A DNA stretch of 64,000 nucleotides from an uncultured delta proteobacterium (GTDB taxonomy: Bacteria; Myxococcota_A; Polyangia; Polyangiales; B10-G4): assembly GCA_963727445.1 (NCBI GenBank), contig CAVSGI010000001.1, forward strand, positions 396 to 64,395, in the 5' to 3' direction. The position numbers and the translations under genes were made by a program. The notes beneath the pieces were generated by a model that was given only the letters and a program-made list of their open reading frames with translations, was not told the DNA's origin and did no database searches. Positions within the stretch are counted from its first letter, which is position 1; each line of letters opens with the position of its first letter. This document shows positions 60,386 to 64,000 of the stretch, piece after piece.

Positions 60386-61984
60386 CTATTCGAGCGTCGT
60401 GAGGCTGAGCGGGGTCAGCTCCGTACGCACCGACGCTCCCATTCGGTAGTAAGGGCCGTTGGGCGTGACCGAGTAGCAGTCGCTCGGCGTGCCCATGTAG
60501 ACGGGGCCAGTGTATTCGGCATCGGCCTCTACGACGTCGCGGACGCGCAAGACCGGGCCGACGGATGCGCACGCCTCGTAGTCGTCCTGGAAGAACAACG
60601 TGGTGGCGGCGTCGGGCAGCGGCTGGCTCGGGGGGATGACGGCGAGTGGCTCGGTGCACCCCGCGTCGGCGTATTGCGCGGTATCGAGCAGCGCGTGAAC
60701 GGTGTGTTCGGAGGGAAGACAGGCGAGGCTGTCGTCGGGGAACGCCACCGGAGCGCAACGCTCGCCCGCCTCTTCGAAGTACGCGGTGGCGCCGTGGAAC
60801 GGGGTGTCGGCGATACCCGGAAAGAGGAACACGCCGTCGTCGCGAACGAGATAGAGCGTCCGCATCGGTCCCGCTCCGCGCGGCGCGCTGTCGAGCGGCA
60901 GCATCTCGAGCGGCACCACGCGATAGACGTGGTCGGTGCCCGGGGTCATCACGTCCGCGAGGGGCGTCTCGACGCAGGTGTCTCCGCTCCGACGAAACAC
61001 GGGACCCGTGATCTCCGTGTCGCGGCGGCCGATCGTCAACATCGTCCCGCCGCTCGCCAGCGTCTCGAAGGTGTACACCACCTCGGGCAGATCTCCACAC
61101 TCGGGCAGCGCCGGCGGACGCGTCGCCACCACCGGAACGGTGCAGGCATCGTCCGCGTAGACGTCGCTGAGGGAGTACAAGTTGTCGATCGGCAGACAAC
61201 CTCGGTCGGCGATCGCGAGTGCATGGGACGGCCCACAGGGACCGTAGCGCGGATCGACCCCGCGCACGGTTCGGCGCGCGCCATCCTCGGCCACCCACCT
61301 CTGTACGCCCAGGGCGTCGCCGTCGGGCACCGTCTCCAGCTCGCCCGCGACGAACGCGTCCGGAGGCACGACCGCGTCCGTCCTGCCGAAGGTGCCCTCC
61401 GGCGGCGGATCGCGCGGCCCATCGCACGACCCCACGACGCCGTCGTAGTACGCGGTGGGCGCGCTGATCGGAGTCACGCTGCGGACCTCGTTCACGAGTC
61501 CTTCATGGCCACAGGCCGGCGTGATCATCGTCGAGAGCTGCACGTGCGTCGCCTCACCGCACTCGGGCCGGAAGTTGACGACGATCGGATCGTCGTCACA
61601 GGTCGCAGACACGTGCCCGGTCGGCGAGTTTCCGGGGAGCAACGGCAGACAGCGCAGTCGACCGTCCGTCGCGTAGGCGAAGTCGCAGTACACCTCGAGC
61701 TCGCTGTCCCACCACGCGTAGAACACGGGGTCGGCGCCCTCCCCGACGATGACCTTCGCTTGGAGCCGCGAGCCGCTCACCAGCGCCGGCAGGAAGCGGT
61801 CAGGGGTATCGGGCAGGCCGCCGTCCCCCATCGATCCGTCGCTGCCGGCGTCACCGTCGGTGGCCCCGTCCATGGTCATGCCATCGGCGGCTGCGTCTGT
61901 GGGGCCCGTCGCGCTGTCGTCCCCACACGCCGTGATGGCGAGCGCGCCCAGGATCAGAACTCTCGAGGTCTTGCCCATACCCAC
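60386..61984 (-). CDS. Hypothetical lipoprotein (532 aa)
   Basis: MGMGKTSRVLILGALAITAC lipobox. Normal composition with scattered Cys pairs. No family recognised. Confidence 0.65.
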   Translation of the reverse strand: MGMGKTSRVLILGALAITACGDDSATGPTDAAADGMTMDGATDGDAGSDGSMGDGGLPDTPDRFLPALVSGSRLQAKVIVGEGADPVFYAWWDSELEVYCDFAYATDGRLRCLPLLPGNSPTGHVSATCDDDPIVVNFRPECGEATHVQLSTMITPACGHEGLVNEVRSVTPISAPTAYYDGVVGSCDGPRDPPPEGTFGRTDAVVPPDAFVAGELETVPDGDALGVQRWVAEDGARRTVRGVDPRYGPCGPSHALAIADRGCLPIDNLYSLSDVYADDACTVPVVATRPPALPECGDLPEVVYTFETLASGGTMLTIGRRDTEITGPVFRRSGDTCVETPLADVMTPGTDHVYRVVPLEMLPLDSAPRGAGPMRTLYLVRDDGVFLFPGIADTPFHGATAYFEEAGERCAPVAFPDDSLACLPSEHTVHALLDTAQYADAGCTEPLAVIPPSQPLPDAATTLFFQDDYEACASVGPVLRVRDVVEADAEYTGPVYMGTPSDCYSVTPNGPYYRMGASVRTELTPLSLTTLE

Positions 61985-62109
61985 CCCTGTCCTCGAAGCA
62001 GTACCACATCTCGGCGCCCGGGTGTCCGCGGGACACGATCACCAAGCGTTGGGGATATCGCTGGCCGATCGGAGTGCGCAACGTAGCGTCCTGCGCTAAG
62101 TCTGCGCCC

Positions 62110-64000
62110 GTGAATCGTCGGCTGGCCGAAGTGTCGTCCACGCTCTCACTGCTCCTCTTCGCCGGGTGCGGTGAGCCGGACGCGGCTTCGCCCGATGGCG
62201 GGTCGCCGGATGCAGGGGACGCGGCTGTGTCGATGCCGAGGAGGCCGGAGCCGCCCACCGCGCCACAGGCGGCGGCGCTCCCCGAGATGGGGCCGTGCCC
62301 ACGGGGGTGGCGCACGGTCGAGGTCGAGGGGATCGATGTCTGCGAGCCCTGGCCCGAGAGCGGCCGCGCAGACTGCGGAACGAGCGCGTTTCACCTCCCG
62401 GGCTCCGCCGGCTGCGCGCGCGTCGGGCCCGCGTGCCCGACCGGTGACTTCGCCGATGGGCTACCCGCGACGGGCGTTCTCTACGTGACCGCGGACGGCA
62501 CCGGCGACATTGGAGCGGACGGTTCGCGGGCCCGACCCTTCGAGTCGATCGAGGCGGCGCTCGCCGCAGCGTCCCCGGGCTCCACCATCGCCCTGTCGAA
62601 GGGCGAGCACGTCCTCACCGATGGGCTCCGGCTCGAGTCGGCGATCACCATGGTGGGCGCCTGCACGGAGGCGACCGTCGTGCGCAACGCGCCGGAGATG
62701 CCGGTGGCGGGAGCACCGCTCGACTCGACCCTCAAGCTCACCGCGGCCGGTGCAGCAGTTCGGAGCCTGACCGTCACGGGAGACCGAGCTGGTCTCCTGG
62801 TCAATGCCGCCGACACGACGATCGAGGGCGTGGTCGTCGATCGGGCCTACGCGCTGGGCCTGGGTCTGTTGGGTGGGGCGGACGTGGTCGTCCGCGACTT
62901 CGTCGTCCGCGGCACCCGGCCGGCCGTCGACGGTCGTTTCGGACGCGGCGTCAACGCAGACAGCGGCGCCCACGCGACGTTCGAGCGCGTCGCGCTCGTC
63001 GAGAACCGCGAGGTCGCGGTGAGCGTCTCCGACACCGGGACCACGGTGTCGCTCACGAACGCGGTCATCGCCGACACGCTTCCGCGCGCCGACGACGACT
63101 GGTTCGGGCGAGCGTTCGCGGTGCAAGGGGGCACCGTCCGGGTCGAAGCGAGCGCCATCGAGCACAACCGCCACGATGCCGCGTTCGTCAAGGACGCCAC
63201 CTTCGAGATGGTCGACTCCGTGCTGCGAGACACCGAGCCCCAACAGACCGAGACGCACTACGGCAGCGGCATGCTCTTGTCGGGGAGCGACGTGATGCTC
63301 CAGCGGCTACGGATCGAACGGAACACGTCGGTGGGGGTGCTGGCGGGGAGCGGATCGACGCTTCGGGCCGAGGACCTCGTGGTGATCGACAGCGCGCCAC
63401 GGCCGACCGGAGACGCGGGCCTCGGCATCGAGGTGACCGGCGGCGCCACCGCTCAGGTCAGCCGTGCGTATCTCGCCGGTCATGCGGCGGCCGCGGTCGC
63501 CGTGACCGAGGCGTCGCAGCTGACGGTGGAGGACTTCACGATACGAAGGTCCGTGGGTCGACTGGACGGAGGCGACGGGGTCGGTGTGTCGCTGACCGAT
63601 GACGCCGTCTTCACCGCCACGCGGCTCGACATCGAGAACGTTCGGGACGCTGGCATCTACGTGCGCACCGGCTCTCGCGCCGACATCACGGACCTCCGCA
63701 TCGCCGACGTGCGCTTCGACCTGGTCGATCGCGACTATGGTCGCTCGATCAGCGTGGAGATGGGGGGCTCGCTGACGCTCGAGCGCGCTCGGCTCGAACG
63801 GGCCGATCAGGCGCACCTGGTGGTCCTGATGGGCAGCACCGCGACGCTGTCGAACCTCGCGATCATCGGACCCAATCCACCCGACGACGGTCGCGGCAAC
63901 ATCCAGCTCCTCGGCATGGGGCTCGCGGTGCAGGAGAACAGTCAGGTCACGGCTGACCGGGTGTCGGTCCTGGATACGATCGGGTTCGGCGTCCTGGTCG
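62110..64000 (+). CDS. Right-handed parallel beta-helix repeat lipoprotein (pectate-lyase-fold), 3' end off-window
   Basis: Not in the ORF track because it has no stop. I translated 62110..64000 by hand and found no stop. (V)NRRLAEVSSTLSLLLFAGC is a lipobox. VLYVTADGTGDIGADGSRARPFESIEAALAAASPGSTIALSKGEHV is a DUF1565-like cap. It is followed by repeated ~22-aa units (..V.L..V.I....G.GV....A...). Confidence 0.75.
   Translation, partial: MNRRLAEVSSTLSLLLFAGCGEPDAASPDGGSPDAGDAAVSMPRRPEPPTAPQAAALPEMGPCPRGWRTVEVEGIDVCEPWPESGRADCGTSAFHLPGSAGCARVGPACPTGDFADGLPATGVLYVTADGTGDIGADGSRARPFESIEAALAAASPGSTIALSKGEHVLTDGLRLESAITMVGACTEATVVRNAPEMPVAGAPLDSTLKLTAAGAAVRSLTVTGDRAGLLVNAADTTIEGVVVDRAYALGLGLLGGADVVVRDFVVRGTRPAVDGRFGRGVNADSGAHATFERVALVENREVAVSVSDTGTTVSLTNAVIADTLPRADDDWFGRAFAVQGGTVRVEASAIEHNRHDAAFVKDATFEMVDSVLRDTEPQQTETHYGSGMLLSGSDVMLQRLRIERNTSVGVLAGSGSTLRAEDLVVIDSAPRPTGDAGLGIEVTGGATAQVSRAYLAGHAAAAVAVTEASQLTVEDFTIRRSVGRLDGGDGVGVSLTDDAVFTATRLDIENVRDAGIYVRTGSRADITDLRIADVRFDLVDRDYGRSISVEMGGSLTLERARLERADQAHLVVLMGSTATLSNLAIIGPNPPDDGRGNIQLLGMGLAVQENSQVTADRVSVLDTIGFGVLV

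Overview
A 64-kb, very GC-rich chromosomal segment (about 70% by eye, not computed). It looks myxobacterial: MYXO-CTERM-like tails, MopE-type Cys repeats, many lipoproteins, eukaryote-like Ser/Thr kinases and a retron. I support about 55 protein genes, two decayed IS elements, one retron msr/msd RNA, several coding tandem repeats and one canonical intrinsic terminator. I saw no rRNA, tRNA or CRISPR array.

Layout:
- 1-19.6 kb: housekeeping and signalling genes. These are a broken cysteine synthase, tsaD, two tandem S1 proteases, a STAND-type kinase, an HD-GYP/REC signalling gene, an ALDH7-type dehydrogenase, a TPP E1 fusion and yqeY.
- 19.7-23.8 kb: a small accessory islet with a (CTGT)n microsatellite, a Cys-rich lipoprotein pair, a decayed second copy and an IS3 remnant.
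- 23.8-27.4 kb: TPR and HEAT-like proteins and an oxidoreductase.
- 27.4-32.4 kb: a four-part retron locus (helical-repeat protein, SWIM zinc-finger protein, msr/msd, reverse transcriptase).
- 32.4-43.7 kb: a ferritin-like/Cld-like operon, an ACE-like M2 peptidase, an IS5-family insertion in a CTAG between convergent stop codons, Cys-rich secreted proteins and a LysR/TauE pair.
- 43.7-50.5 kb: a divergent lipid/polyketide-like cluster (FAAL, two ACPs, thioesterase / KS, CLF-like KS, alpha-oxoamine synthase). It is riddled with single-base frame breaks.
- 50.5-64 kb: a kinase, lipoproteins, putative polysaccharide-active enzymes, an ArsR-SRPBCC pair and a beta-helix lipoprotein that runs off the window.

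The best candidate for a poorly understood system is the retron with its SWIM and helical-repeat accessory pair. Next are the dissociated FAAL/ACP-ACP/KS-KS0/oxoamine-synthase cluster and the duplicated Cys-rich lipoprotein cassette. All family assignments come from motif recognition by eye; no searches were run.
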